Assembly (NCBI RefSeq): GCF_009914755.1 | Contig: NC_060940.1 | Origin: the human T2T-CHM13v2.0 reference genome, Homo sapiens | Length of the DNA: 64,000 nt | Reading direction: 5' to 3' (one strand) | Shown here: positions 1 through 16,193 of the stretch, piece after piece | Position numbering within the stretch: the stretch's first letter is position 1 | Layout: the number at the start of each line of letters is the position of its first letter | The notes under the pieces: generated by a model | Databases searched by the model: none | Told to the model about the DNA's origin: nothing | Seen by the model: only the letters and a program-made list of their open reading frames with translations | Position numbers and translations under genes: made by a program

Positions 1-240
1 TGCTGTGATACGTGCACATGCCAAGAACGCGGAAGATTGTCAGCCACCGCCAGAAACTGGGAGAGGAAGAAAAGATCTTGCCTGCAGGGTTCAATGGGAA
101 CGTGGCCCTGCCAGCATCTTGGTTTCAGAGTTTTAGCTTCCAGAACTGAGAGAACAAATTTCGGTTGTTTTAAGCCACCGAGTTTGTGTTGGTTGTTTGT
201 TACAGCCGTGGAGACCAAGCAGCCATGGGAAACTCACACA
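1..240 (+). mobile_element. MLT1 (MaLR) LTR, 3' part
   Basis: ccagaactgagagaacaaatttc..tgttttaagccacc..agtttgtg..tttgttacagc resembles the MLT1 3' end. Confidence 0.7.
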
Positions 241-874
241 CAAAGTTGAATTGAAACTGTTTCCAAGTTCTTTTATGTGACTCCCGTTCCCTCCCCTCCC
301 TTCATCTTTCCTTCCTTCCTCTTTTTTTTTTTTAAACAAAACTAGGATTATATTACGACGATTGTTCTGCAAAAGGTTTTTTTTTTAATTTGATGACATA
401 TCAGTGACGTCTCCTTAGGTCAAATCATATAACACCTCTTTTCTCTTTAATTTTATACTATTTAATTTTGTATTTTGTATTGGAGAATTCCAATCATATG
501 CAGAAATAGACAGAATAATGGAATGAGCCCACATGACTCTGTTACCCAGTGCCAATGAGGGGAGCCAATCTTGACTCCTGTCTACCCCAGATTGTTTTGA
601 CACAAATCTCAGGCTTCCTAGCATTTCATCTATAAATATTTCTGCATATCTATGGCTAAAGAGAAGAACTCTTTAAAATATCACAATTACCATTATCATA
701 TCATAAAATATTAACAATTAGAGAAAATCAAATATTGGCCAATATTGAGGTTCCCTTGGGCTCCTAAACACTGCTTCACGCTGGTTTATTCAAATCAGGA
801 CTCAAGTGAGGTCCCAGCCTGCACTTGGCTGGGGTCTCTGATGGTTCTCTGCGTCTGCACGTTTCATCCTTGTG

Positions 875-1168
<294 letters not shown>

Positions 1169-2278
1169 CATTCTTGTGTTTTTGTTGTAGTTTACATGCT
1201 GGGGAGGCCGGGCTGTGTGTCCTACAGTTCCCACAGTCTAGTGATCATGTCCCCATGGTGTCATTCAACGTGTCTATTATCTCCAGTATTTCCTGTCAAC
1301 TGGTGGGTGGGCCTAGAATGGAGGCTTGGTGCAACTCAGGAGATGTGTTTGGCTGCCTGACAGCGTAGGTGCATCATGGCTGATCAACCTTCCTCACGAT
1401 TTACCCTGAGTTTGTTTCCAGTTTTTGAGTGCCTCAGCTTCAAGGTGGGCCATTCTGGGTCATGGCAATGTCCTGATCAGCAGCGGGCACGGGCCCACTT
1501 GGAGAGAAGAAGTGAGTGTGTGTTTGGGGTTGGGTAGAGGGATGGGGGCCGTACCAGAGTCTGTAGTTTCTGGAAACAGAGTGGACAATCCTGTTTTCAA
1601 CAAAGGATACATTAAGTGCCATTTAGATTATGGAGCTGTGTGATTGGAATCAACCCGGGGCAGATTAGGCCCCCGGGCCCCTATGCATTCTTAAGGAGAT
1701 GAGGGGGGTGCCCAGGTAAGCATCCCAGGTAGGAGTCTCCCAAATGCAGGGCGAGGAGTGGCAGCGTCCACGAGCTCAGTCACCAACCCAGGGACTCTGT
1801 TTCCTGACTGTCACGAGACTGGACTGAGGCAGAGCAAGCCCTCACTTACAATGTATTGGGTCCAGGGCTATGTCCCGGTGGCCTTGAAACACCGAAATGA
1901 CCTGGAGATCTGGCTGAAGTCGGTTGAGAAGTGGATAGGAAATGAAAAGATAGAGACAGCAAGTATAGACACTCCTTCTAAAAGCTCGATGTTGGCAAAT
2001 GAGGAAGGAGCAGGTGTATTTCCAATGCAAGGCCCAGAAAAGAGGTTATGTTTAAAGTGGAAACCCATGCTGAGATGTTTATGGGAGGAGCCAGCAAAGA
2101 GGGGAGGAGGATAGAGGATGGGAGGCCAGTGGATGGGAGGCTATGGGTGTGGGGGGAGTGGGGGTGGAGGGGGCTGTGACCGACACAGGTGGGACCCAGG
2201 AGAGAGTCAGGAGGACGGTTTCTAAGTGGTGGACGGAGTTCCTGCCTGTAGCTTGTAAATGGCTTTAAAAAAACAAAA

Positions 2279-2600
2279 AGGCTAGGCATGGTGGCTCACA
2301 CCTGTAATCTTAGCACTGTAGGGGGCCGAGGCAGGTGGATCACTTGAGTCCAGGGGTTCAAGACCAGCCTGGGCAACATGGCAAAACCTTGTCTCAATTA
2401 AAAATACCAAAAAAAATAAAAAAATAAAAAATAAAAAGGCCTGGTGTGATGACACACACCTGTAGTCCTAGCTTCTCAGGAGGCTGAGGTGGGAGAATCA
2501 AATTGCTTGAGCCTGGGAGGCGGAGGTTGCAGTGCACCAAGATCACACCACTGCACTCCAGCCTGAGCAACAGAGCAAGACTCTGCCTCAAAAACGAAAA
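2279..2600 (+). mobile_element. Alu (J-like)
   Basis: Dimer with an expanded A-rich linker. Confidence 0.88.
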
Positions 2601-2919
2601 ACAAAATTCTTATTTTATTGAGGTGAAATTCACATAACAAAATCAACCATCTCACAGTAAACATTGTAATGGGATCTAGTACACTCACAATGTCGTGTGA
2701 CCACCACTTCTATTCAGTTCTGAAACATTTGAAAGAAACCCTGTACCCATTAGCAGTTTCTCCCCATTCCCCCTTCCCCAGTCCCAGTCTGCTTTCTGCT
2801 CCTACGAATTTGCCTGTCCCGGGCCTTTCCTATGAGTGGACTCACATACCGTGTGGCCTTTTGTGTCTGGCTTCTTCCGCTTAGTGTGATGTCTTCCAGG
2901 TTCATCTGTGTTGTAGCAA

Positions 2920-3370
2920 GTGTGTTTCCCAGGGCTATGGTCACCGAGTACCAAAAATGTGGTGGCTTAAATTTAAATGTATTGTCTCACAGTTCTAGAA
3001 GCCAGAAGTCAAAACTCAAGGAGTCAGGAGGGCTGTGCTCTCTCTGGAGGCTCCAGGGGAGGATCTGTTCCACGCTTCTCTTCAAGCTTCCATCATGGCC
3101 AGCAATCCCCAGCATTCATTGACCGATGGACACGTCACTCCAGCCTCTGCCTCCATCATCACAGGGTTTTCTCCTGTGTCTCCACATGGACTTCCCTGTG
3201 TGCATGTTTATCTCTGCAAAATTCTCCTTTTTGCAAGAACATCGCTCATATTTGACCTCATCTGACCTTGATCATTTCTGTAAAGATGCCCTCCAGATAA
3301 AGTCACATTCTGGTGTACCAGGTGTTAGGCTTTCAAAGAATGGTTTTGCAGAGGCCACAGTTTAACAACA
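2920..3370 (-). mobile_element. MLT1 LTR nested in an L1M 3' fragment (L1 flanks about 2610-2915 and 3370-3590)
   Basis: gtggcttaaa..aaatgtattgtctcacagttctagaagccagaagtc pattern; L1M sequence continues on both sides. Confidence 0.7.
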
Positions 3371-3867
3371 TTCACGTGCGTCAGTATTGCATTCCTGTTT
3401 GAGGCTGAGTTGATGCTCCACTGTCTGGATGGACCACATTTTGCTTCTCCATAATCCGTGGATGGGCATCGGGCAGTGTCTGACTTTTGGGTCTCGTGAA
3501 CTGTGCTGCTGTGAGCAGAGTCCCTGTTTCCAGTACCCTTGGTTACAGAGCTGGGAGTGTGTAGGTGGCTTTTACTCACAGAGGGAAGTCGGAGGCTGGG
3601 TCCTCTCTCCTTTGGGCTCTGGACTCTGCCCCTGCAGTCACAAAACACAGGGGAGTGAGGGAGGTCTCTGCATCCAACCCCCTCTCCCCTCCAGTGTCAC
3701 TGCAGCATGGCACCCTGTCACCCCATGACTTCCTCAATCCACCTAGCTCATTCCCCAGGGACATGTGGGTGGACAGCCCTGGGCCTTCAGATGTCCAGAG
3801 CACGTGACAAAGGTTGGGGGCACATGCTAGTCCTGCCCTCAAAGGCAGGGGAATTGGTGCCTTTGAT

Positions 3868-4205
3868 CTTTTTTTTTTTTTTGAGACAGAGTCTCACTCT
3901 GTTGCCCAGGCTGGAGTGCAGTGGCATGATCTTGGCTCATTGCAACCTCCGCCTTCCAGGTTCAAGCAATTCTCCCTGACTCTGGCTCATTGCAACCTCC
4001 GCCTTCCAGGTTCAAGCAATTCTCCCTGACTCAGCCTCCAGAGTCGCTGAGATTACAGATGCCTGCCACCATGCCTGGCTAATTTTTGTATTTTTACAAA
4101 ATACCATGTTGGCCAGGCTGGTCTCGAACTCCTGACTTTAGATGATCTGCCTGCCTCAGCTTCCCAAAGTGCTGGGATTATAGGTATGAGCCACTGTGTC
4201 TGGCC
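3868..4205 (-). mobile_element. Alu with an internal 50-bp tandem duplication
   Basis: Antisense Alu; 3933-3982 is repeated at 3983-4032. Confidence 0.9.
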
Positions 4206-4666
4206 CTTTTCTTCTGGATTTTTATTGTGGTAAAATATACATAACATAAAATTCACCATTTTAACCATTTTTAAGGGTATGGCTCTCTGGCATTAAGTAT
4301 ATTCCCATTGTTATGCAACCATCACCAATATTTGCCTCCAAAACTCTCATCTTTCCCAAAGAGACTCTGTAGTCATTAAACACTAACTCCCCAGCCCGGT
4401 TACCTCTGCTCTCCTTTCTGTCTCTGTGAGTTTGACTATTTTAGGGACCTCCTGTAACTGGAGTCCTATAGGATTTGTCCTTTCGGGTCTGGCTTATTTC
4501 ACCAGGCATAACATCTTCAAGGTTCATCCATGTTGTAGCATGTGTGGGTTTTGGGCAGTCACATTGAAGGTAATTGGGCTCTTATCCTGAGAGCACTGGA
4601 ATCTCTGCAAGTGTTTTCAAGCATCGGGCGTGTGTGTGTGTGTGTGAGATGGGATTTATGTGTTTC

Positions 4667-5088
<422 letters not shown>

Positions 5089-5879
5089 TCAAGCACTTTA
5101 TTTGGTACGACGGGAGCAGATCTTGAGAATGGGGGGAAAAGTCTTGTGCAATCCACATTTTTCTTTGAAGTAACTCTACAAAGAATGCAATGTTGACTTA
5201 AGGAGGGCTCCCAATGGATGGCTAAGCCTGCTTAAAGATCTGCGTAATCGCTGCTGTGCTCCTGGGCACTGGGCATGAGTGAGAAGCAGCCGCATGAAAC
5301 CGAGGTGGGTAGCACAGCTTTTCTAAGCAAATAGGCATTTGGGAGGAGATGGTTTGGGGTTGGGGAGGGCGGCTGTCAAGAAGGAAGAGTGGGATTTGCA
5401 ATCTCTATTACAGCTAAAGGAGGAAGTTACTCAATACCTCTCCTGCTTCCTTTTTCCCAGTTTCCAGTAACCTGGTGGAAAAGGAAAAGATGATTATCAC
5501 ATCCTGGGTATCAGGATGCTAGGAATGGTTTTGCAAAAATACCTCACACTTTTCCGCTTCTGAGGTCTCCTTTGTATTAGCAAAGCCTCCCGAAGCCTCC
5601 AGGTGTTTCACGTGGCTTCTTTCCAGGCCCGCAGGTCTCAACACAGAGTGCTGGGACTTCCAGAACTTGGTTGTGTTTCCCCTCCCCTTTTCTTTGGTTA
5701 TTTAAAATGTCCCATAGAACCAGGCTGTGATACCACCTATCATCAGTAGGAGGCACTCTCTGCAATATGGTGCATACTTGATGGAGAATCCTGGAAGTTC
5801 GAGGTTCAGGATTCTACATATGTATATTGTTGCCCTACTCTGTCCACTTACAAGTTTCAATTCTGTAAAATAAGTTCGC

Positions 5880-6099
<220 letters not shown>

Positions 6100-6541
6100 T
6101 TAAAAATAGATGCATCAGTATTAGCCAACAACTAACAACTGGAACCCAGATATTCATCAACAGGAGAACAAATACAATGTGATCTACTCATACAGTGGAA
6201 TACTAAGCTGCTGTGAAAATTAGCGTACTGTTGCTACATGCATTCTCACTTGTATAAATCTCACTAACAATGTTGAGTGAAAGAAATCAGACAAGAAAGC
6301 ATGTATGAGTGTATACTGCATGGCACCATTTCCATAAAGTTCAAACCCTGGCCAACCTAATCTATGAGGATTGAAACCATGACAGCAGTTATCCCTCAGG
6401 TAGGTAGGTTGGCCAAGGGAGCATCAGGGGACCAGTCATATCTGTTTCTTAATTTGGGGGCTGGTTATAAGGGTTAGTTTGTGAGCTGTACACATATGCA
6501 CACTGTGTGTGTGTGTTTTATGCTTTAAAAAAAACACATGT

Positions 6542-6866
<325 letters not shown>

Positions 6867-6919
6867 TTAATCAGTACAAAAGTTCAATCCGCTAAACAGC
6901 AACCCTGCTCTTTTCACAG

Positions 6920-7030
6920 ATTGATGAACAGAGTGAGCTGAAAGCCATCGAGAAAGAGAAGAAGGTGACAGCCCTGCCCCCCAAGGAAGCGTGCAAATGC
7001 CAGAAAGAGGATTTGGCCAGAGCGTTTTGT
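6920..7030 (+). CDS. ATP2C2: ATP2C2 exon 2 (IDEQSELK...LARAFC), 111 nt, phase 0/0
   Basis: ttttcacAG|ATTGAT acceptor, TGT|GTaaga donor; cytosolic N-terminus. Confidence 0.95.
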
Positions 7031-8748
7031 GTAAGAATTGAATTTGCATCTGGAGCTAATTGTGATAAGGTTTTATGTTTAAAAGAAAGCAACACAAAGC
7101 CCTGAACAGTGCTTTGAAATTCTGTGTTATTATCAATTTTATCATCAAGGTTGGAAAATATTGTTGATGTTGAATGGTTCAGATTCCACAGGTAGAATAT
7201 CAGTACTTGTCAGTAGAGCTCGTCTTCACCAGGCCCTTACCGGAAGACGGCGTCCTTTGAGACACTCTGTGTACGCTGCTTCTCTTCAGCCTCACATTTC
7301 TTGGCAAAAACATAAAGGGATGGAAGATGAAGTTGAGACACAGAAAGTAGCACAGTCCAGTGTTAGAGGTAGCACAGCCCAGCGTGGAGTCCAGCTGTTT
7401 CACATCAAAGCCCAAACTCTTGGTCATCCGGTATTCCCACCGTCGTCTTTTATAATCCGTGGAGTTGCCAGGTACTAAAACCAAATTCTCCCAAGTTTCT
7501 CAAGTGAGTTTGAATTAATTCCTGGCCAGTGCAAGACAAACATTTGCATTGCACACAAGTGTGTGTGTGTGCACACGTGCGTGCACGTGCATACTCAGAA
7601 CCACTACATTTTGGGAAAGCAAATAAAAAGCCCCCAGGAAAAGGGCACATACTACAATTTCAGGAAGTTGGAAGCTAGTGTCTTTTCTTGAGAATAACTC
7701 AAGTCTGTTTCAATTCAAGTCCTGTGTATTAGTATTTGGAGAGGGGGAGGAAGTATTTCTTCTCTGCCTGCATATTATCCCTACCTAGAAAATGAGCTAG
7801 ATTTTCTTTCACTATTCAAAAGAATCTAGAAATCAATTCTGTTCTCCCTGTTTCCTCTACCAGCAAGTACAGTTTTCTTGTTATTGGCTTTTTAAAAACA
7901 AGGACACTTTTGTTGCGACCAGAACAACAAAGTTTCCTTCCATTATGACTGACTCATAAATTAGCTGTATTTAACGAATTTGTTTACAGAAAGAGCTTGA
8001 ATGGAGTTGGGCACAATATAATTGTTTTAGCTACTGTTTCTTTTTTATTTTTAATTTTTGTGGGTACATAGTAGGTGCATATTTATGGGTTCCAGAGATA
8101 CTTTGATACAGGCATACACTATAATAATCACATCAGGGCAAACGGGGTCTCCATTACCTCAAGCATTTATCCTTTGTGTTACAAGTCATCCACTTACACT
8201 CTTTGAGTTATTTTAAAATGTACAATTAAATTATTTTTGACAACAGTCGCCCTGTCATGCCAGCAAATACTAGGTCTTATTTATTCTTTCTGACTATATT
8301 TTTTGTACCCATAGCCCTCTCCACTTTCTCCCAACTACCCTTTCCAGGCCCTGGTAACCATCCTACTATCTCCATGAGTTCAGTTATTTTAATTTTTAGC
8401 TTCCACTAATCAGTGAGAACCTGCAAAGTTTGCCTTTCTGTGTCTGGAGGTCACTATGTTATTTGACTTAATATAATGACCTCCAGTTCCATCCATGTTG
8501 TTGCAAATGACAGGATCTCATTCTTTTTTATGGGTGCATAGTACTCCATTGTGTATATGTACCACATTTTCTTTATTCATTTGTCTGTTGATGGATACTT
8601 AGGCTCCTTCCAAACCTTGGCTATTGTGAATACTCCTGCGATAAACATGGGAGTGCAGATATCTCTTCAATATTCTGATTTCCTTTCTTTTGGTTATGTA
8701 TCTAGGAGTGGGACTGGGGATCATATAATAGTTGTATTTTTAGTTTTT

Positions 8749-9046
<298 letters not shown>

Positions 9047-9641
9047 GTATTTTTAGTTTTTTGAGGAACCCTCCAAACTGTTCACCAGTCATACTAATTT
9101 ACATTCCTACCAACAGTGTACAAAGGTTTCCTTTTCTTCATATCCAGGATTTGTTATTGCCTGACTTTTGGATAAAAGCCATTTTAACTGTGATGAGATG
9201 ATACCTCATTGTAGTTTTGATTTGCATTTCTCTGATCATAGATGGTGAGCACCTTTTCATGTACCTGTTTGCCATTCATATGTCTTCTTTTGAGGAATGT
9301 CTATCCAGATCTTTGGCCCATTTTAAAAACAGATTATTAGGTTTTCTCCTATAGAGTTGTTGGAGCTCTTTATACATTCTGGTTATTAATCCCGTGTCAG
9401 ATGGGTAGTTTGCAAATATTTTCTTCCATTCTGTGGGTTGTCTCTTCACTTTGTTGATGATTTCCTTTGCTGTGCAGAAGCCTTTTAACTTGATGTGATT
9501 CCATTTATCCATTTTTGCTTTGGTTGCCTGTGCTTGTAGTATATTACTCAAGAAATCTTTGCCCAGTTCAATGTCCTGGAGAGTTTCCCCGATGTTCTCT
9601 TGATAGTTTCATAGTCTGTGATCTTAGATTGAAGTCTTTAA

Positions 9642-9900
<259 letters not shown>

Positions 9901-11734
9901 TCTTTAATTCATTTTTATTTGATTTTTATTGATAATGAGAGATGGGGTGAAATTTCACTCTCCTGCATATGGAGATTTTGTTTTCCTGGTACCATTTATT
10001 AAAGAGATTGCCCTTTCCCCAGTGGATGTTCTTGACATCTTTGTCAAAAACGAGTTCACTGTAGATGTATGGATTTATATCTGGGTTCTCTATTCTGTTT
10101 CACTGATCTCTGTGTCTGTTTTTATGACAGTACCATGCTGTTTTGGTTACTAAAGCTCTGCAGTATAATTTAAAGTCAGGTAATATGATTCCTCCAGTGT
10201 TGTTCTTTTTCCTTAAGATAGCTTTGGCTATTCTGGGTCTTTTGTGGTTCCACATAAATTTTTAAATTGTTTTTTCTATTTCTGTTAAGAATGTCATTGT
10301 TATTTTAATAGGGATTCGATTAAATCTATAGATTGCTTTGGGTAGTATGGACATTTTAACAATATTGATTTTTCCAACCCATGAACATGGAATATCTTTC
10401 CATTTTTCTGTGTCTTCTTCAGTTTCTTGCATCAATGTTTTATAGTTTTCATTGTAGAGATCTTTTACTTCTTTAAGTTAATTCCTAGATATTTAATTTG
10501 CAGCTGTGGTAAATGGGATTACTTAATTGATTTCTTTTTCAGATTGCTTTCTCTTAGCATATAGCAATGCTACTGATCTTTATCATTTGAGTTTGTATCC
10601 TCTAACTTTACTGATTTTGTTTATGAGTTCTAATAGCTTTAGGTGGAGTCTTTAGGTTTTTTCAGATATAAGATCATATCATCTGCAAACAAGAATAATT
10701 TGACTTCTTCCTTTCCAATTTGGATGCCCTTTATTTTTTACTCTTGTCTGATTGCTCTAGCTAGAACTTACAGTATTCTGTTGAATAGTAGTGGTAAAAG
10801 TGGGTATCCTACGGGAAAAGCTTTCAGTTTTTCATCATTCAATATGACACTAGCCCTGGGTCTGTCATATATGGCTTTTATTACATTGAGACATGTTCCT
10901 TCTATACCTAGTTTTTTTAGGGTTTTTATTATGAAGAGATGTTGAATTCTGTCACGTTTTTTCAGCATTAATTGAAATGATCATATGGTTTTTGTCTTTC
11001 ATTCTGTTGATGTGTCACATTAATTTGTGTATAGTGAACCATCCTTGCACCCTTGGGATAAATTCCTTTTGGTCATGATGAATTTTCATTTTAATGTGTT
11101 ATTGCATTCAATTTGCTTGTATTTTGCTGAGGATTTTTGCATCAATAGTCATCAGTGATATTGGCCAGTAGTTTTCTTTTTTAAATGTGTCTTTGTCTGG
11201 TTTTGGTATCAGGGTAATACTGGCCTCGTAGAATGAAAGTATTCCCTACTCATCTGTTTTTTGGAATTATTTAGTAGGATTGGTATCGCTTCTTCGAGTG
11301 TTTGGTAGAATTCAGCAGTGAAGCCACTGGGTCCTGGGCTTTTCCTAACTGGAAGACTTTTTATTATGGCTTTGATCTTATTACTTGTTATTGGTCTATT
11401 CAGCTTTTGGATTTCTTCATGGTTCTATCTTGGTAGGTTCTGTGTGTCTAGGAATTTATCCATTTCTTCTATATTTTCCAATTTATTGGCATATAGTTGC
11501 TCCTGGTAGCCACTAATGGCCCTTTGACTTTCTGTGATATAATTTGTGAAGTTTCCTTTTTCATTTCTGTTTGTATTTATTTGGTTCTTCTCTCTTTTTT
11601 TCTTAGCCTGGCTAAAGGTTTGTCAGTTTTGTTTACCTTTAAAAAAAAATACTCTTGTTTCTTAAGACAGGCCTATTTAAAAAAATGTCTGATATGTGGT
11701 AAATACACAACATAAAATTTACCATCTTAACCTT

Positions 11735-12700
<966 letters not shown>

Positions 12701-12709
12701 TTAGCATCT

Positions 12710-13230
12710 CCAGTATTCTTTTCATCTTGTAAAACTGAATCTGTCTCCATTAAACACTCACTCCCCATTCCCTCTCCCTCCAGCCTCTGACACCCACCAT
12801 TCTACTTTCTGTCTCTATGAATTTGACTAGTCTATGTAATTCATATGTGGAATCAACAGAATTTGTCTTTTTGTGACTGGTTTATTTCACTTAACTTCAT
12901 CCTCAAGGTTCAACTTAAAGGTGTATCCATGTTGTAGCACGTGTCAGCATTTTCTTTCGTTCTCAGGCTAAATAGTATTTCATTGTGTGTGTACACCATG
13001 TTTCATGCATTCATTCATCCCTTGAAAGATTGGTGGGTTGTTTCCTCCTTTTTGCTTTTGTGAACAGTGCTACGAACATGGTTGTACAAACATCTCTTGG
13101 AGCCCCACTAGCAGTTCCTTTGGGTATATACCCCAAAGTGGAATTGCTGGATCTGGTAGCTCCCTTTTTAATTTTTTGAGGAATCGCCACACAGTTTCCA
13201 TAACAGCTGCACCATTTTACATTCCCAAGA
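12710..13230 (-). mobile_element. L1MB-type 3' fragment
   Basis: ttgtgactggtttatttcactta..gggtatatacccaaagtggaattgctggatc..aggaatcgccacac. Confidence 0.75.
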
Positions 13231-13550
13231 CCTTTTTTTTTTTTTTTTTTTTAAGAAGAAAAGATGTGTTTCTGCATTTCTGGAAGTCTATGCTGCATTT
13301 CCATTTGTTGAAATTTAAGACCAGAGTCATCTTTTCTGCTGTAATTATAATGGTCACTGGCTTGTGCCTTTTCCTCCTCTCTCTGCCCCATCTGCACGGG
13401 GTCTTTGAACAAGTCCCAGCACCTTGGTGGACAAGCCTGTGTCCCTGGCCCATCATGGAAGCCGCTGCCTTTCAGAGTGGGAGTCTGTACCCTGTTGCCT
13501 CATTCCTTGCTGCGCCCATGAGTGAGCTTGTGCCTGACCTCTCCTTCCAG

Positions 13551-13667
13551 GTGGACTTACACACTGGGCTGTCGGAGTTCTCGGTGACGCAGCGCCGGCT
13601 GGCCCATGGCTGGAATGAGTTTGTTGCTGACAACAGCGAACCTGTGTGGAAGAAATACCTGGATCAG
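13551..13667 (+). CDS. ATP2C2: ATP2C2 exon 3 (VDLHTGLS...KKYLDQ), 117 nt, phase 0/0
   Basis: ctccttccAG|GTG, CAG|GTagga; GLS...RR..HGWNEF motif of the cation ATPase N-terminal domain. Confidence 0.97.
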
Positions 13668-14003
13668 GTAGGACCAGAGGTGTCATTCTTTGCATTAACA
13701 TGCATAAGCCAGCGAGGGTGGGGCAGCCATTCCATCTTTCAATGTTGATGGAAGGCATCCTTGGACAGCTCCCGCCCCTTTCACGCTGCCCCAGCCAGCC
13801 TGAGCATCAGTCATGAGCAAATCACCAACTCCCAGGCAACCGCGATCAGGAAAAACAGTGATCACTTTCGTAGACAGTTGAGCAGGCCCCGGGCCCCACG
13901 CTATATGAGTAAGTGAATAAGTAAGCATGCGCTTACTAATCCTCCTCCTAATCCCGCCTTTGCACATGAGGAAGGAGAAGTGCAGAGGTTGAAAGATTTC
14001 CCC

Positions 14004-14495
<492 letters not shown>

Positions 14496-14889
14496 ACCTG
14501 AGCCCAAAGTCACATAGCTGTGAGGAGCAGTGCAGAGCAGTGCAGCCAGGGAGCTGCACCCAGAGCCCCTTCCCTTGCTAGCTGCTGCCATCGGTGCTGG
14601 CGCGGTGCTGAATGAATGGCACACAATCAAATGCCTGGAAGCCACTAAGAAGGGGAAAGAAAAAACTGCAATTGACATGGCTCCAAGTTCCATTCTAGAA
14701 GTCGGCAGTCCCTGCCACCTTTGCAGGACCAGTTCAGAAAGGCTCAGTGAACAGGCAGAATTTTCCAGGTGCCTGAGGGCATTTAGATGGCCTTAGATCC
14801 CCTTTTCCAGCCTTTTGCATGCTCTTGGCCCCATCCCTGACATCCCCTTCTTCATTCTCTGGCCCCTGGGCTGCCCCAGGCTTCAACCG

Positions 14890-15155
14890 CCTTCCTATTG
14901 GCTCTGTGTTTACAGCTTCCTCCATTGGTCGATTCCGGAACCAATCACAGTCCCCTGGGCAGCATCCTCTGTCTCCACTCTCCTTGAGGTCCCCTCCCTG
15001 ATCAAGGCTCAGTTCTCAGTGTTCTGGGAATGTTATTCATCGATGCGTTTTGGCAGCAAAATAGGCTTCTGGGTATGTAGGTGGTTCTGGCTAGCCCAGA
15101 AGCTTCCTAAAACTGCAGGGCTGAGAACAGGCAGTGGAGGCTCCCGGAAGTTGGG
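14890..15155 (+). promoter_or_regulatory. Promoter/enhancer-like motif cluster in intron 3 (three CCAAT boxes, FOX site, two ETS sites)
   Basis: ATTGG 14897, TGTTTAC 14907, ATTGG 14924, TTCCGGAA 14933, CCAATCAC 14941, CCGGAAGT 15144. Confidence 0.45.
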
Positions 15156-15899
15156 GTTCAGGGAAGGAGGCCGAGACATGGGCTGTGAGGGAGGAGCTCC
15201 CCTCTGCGGCTGGAGATCTCTTTGCTCTGCCCTGGCACCCCTTCCACTAGGACCCGCTCCCCCACTTCCCCTGGTTATCCTCCTTCCTCGTTCCCCTCTG
15301 CTCTGTCGAAACCCACCGTGAACATCTTCCTTCTCACCAAGGATCCTCCTCCAGCCTCCAGCCAGGGTGTTCCCCAAAATGAAATCTCTTAAATTTCTTG
15401 AGAGCAGAGGACCTGCTCATTCATCTTATAGCTTGTCGGTTCAGCAATGCATCTGTGGGAATCCTTGTAGGACTGGACGGGAGCTCCTGACGGCTGGGTT
15501 TTCCTGCCCTTGCGTATACGGGTTCTGTCTGCTCTCCCTTATTAATTCCTTACATGTGTTGAGTTCCTCCTGCATGCCAAGTGTTGTGATTCTCCTATCT
15601 TTCCCCCAGTGACAGGGAACTCATCACCTCACAAGGCAGCCCTGTTCCTCTGTCTCAGGAGTCTCACCATTAGGAATTCTACCTTAGCACGGCGTAAGGC
15701 TCTGGACGGGATGGCAGGGAGGCACTAGGCTGGTGCTCTGAGGAGGTGGCATCTGGGCAGAGATCTGAGTGAAATGAGACGGAAAGCCATGTGAGGATGT
15801 GGATGGAGGGCGTCGCTGGAGGGCAGGGTGCAGAGTCCCTGAGGGGACAGGAGCCTGGCAGCCTGGGAATCAAGGTGCCCAGACCAGGTGCATTATTAT

Positions 15900-16193
15900 T
15901 ATTGTTATATTCTGGGATAGGGTTTCTCTGGTGTCCAAGCAGGAGTGCAGCGGCATAAACACGGCTGACTGCAGCCTCAACTTCCCAGGCCCCAGTGATC
16001 CTCCTGCCTTAGCCTTCTGAGTAGTTGGGACCACAGGTGCACCTCACCATGCCCAGCTCATTTTTTCATTTTTTTGTAAAGATGGGATTTTGCTGTGTTT
16101 CCCAGGCTGGACTGAAACTCCTGGGCTCAAGCAGTCCTCCCATTTCTGCCTCCCAAAGGGCTGGGATTACAGTGTGAGCCTCTGCACCCAGCC
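15900..16193 (-). mobile_element. Alu (J-like)
   Basis: Diverged antisense dimer. Confidence 0.85.
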
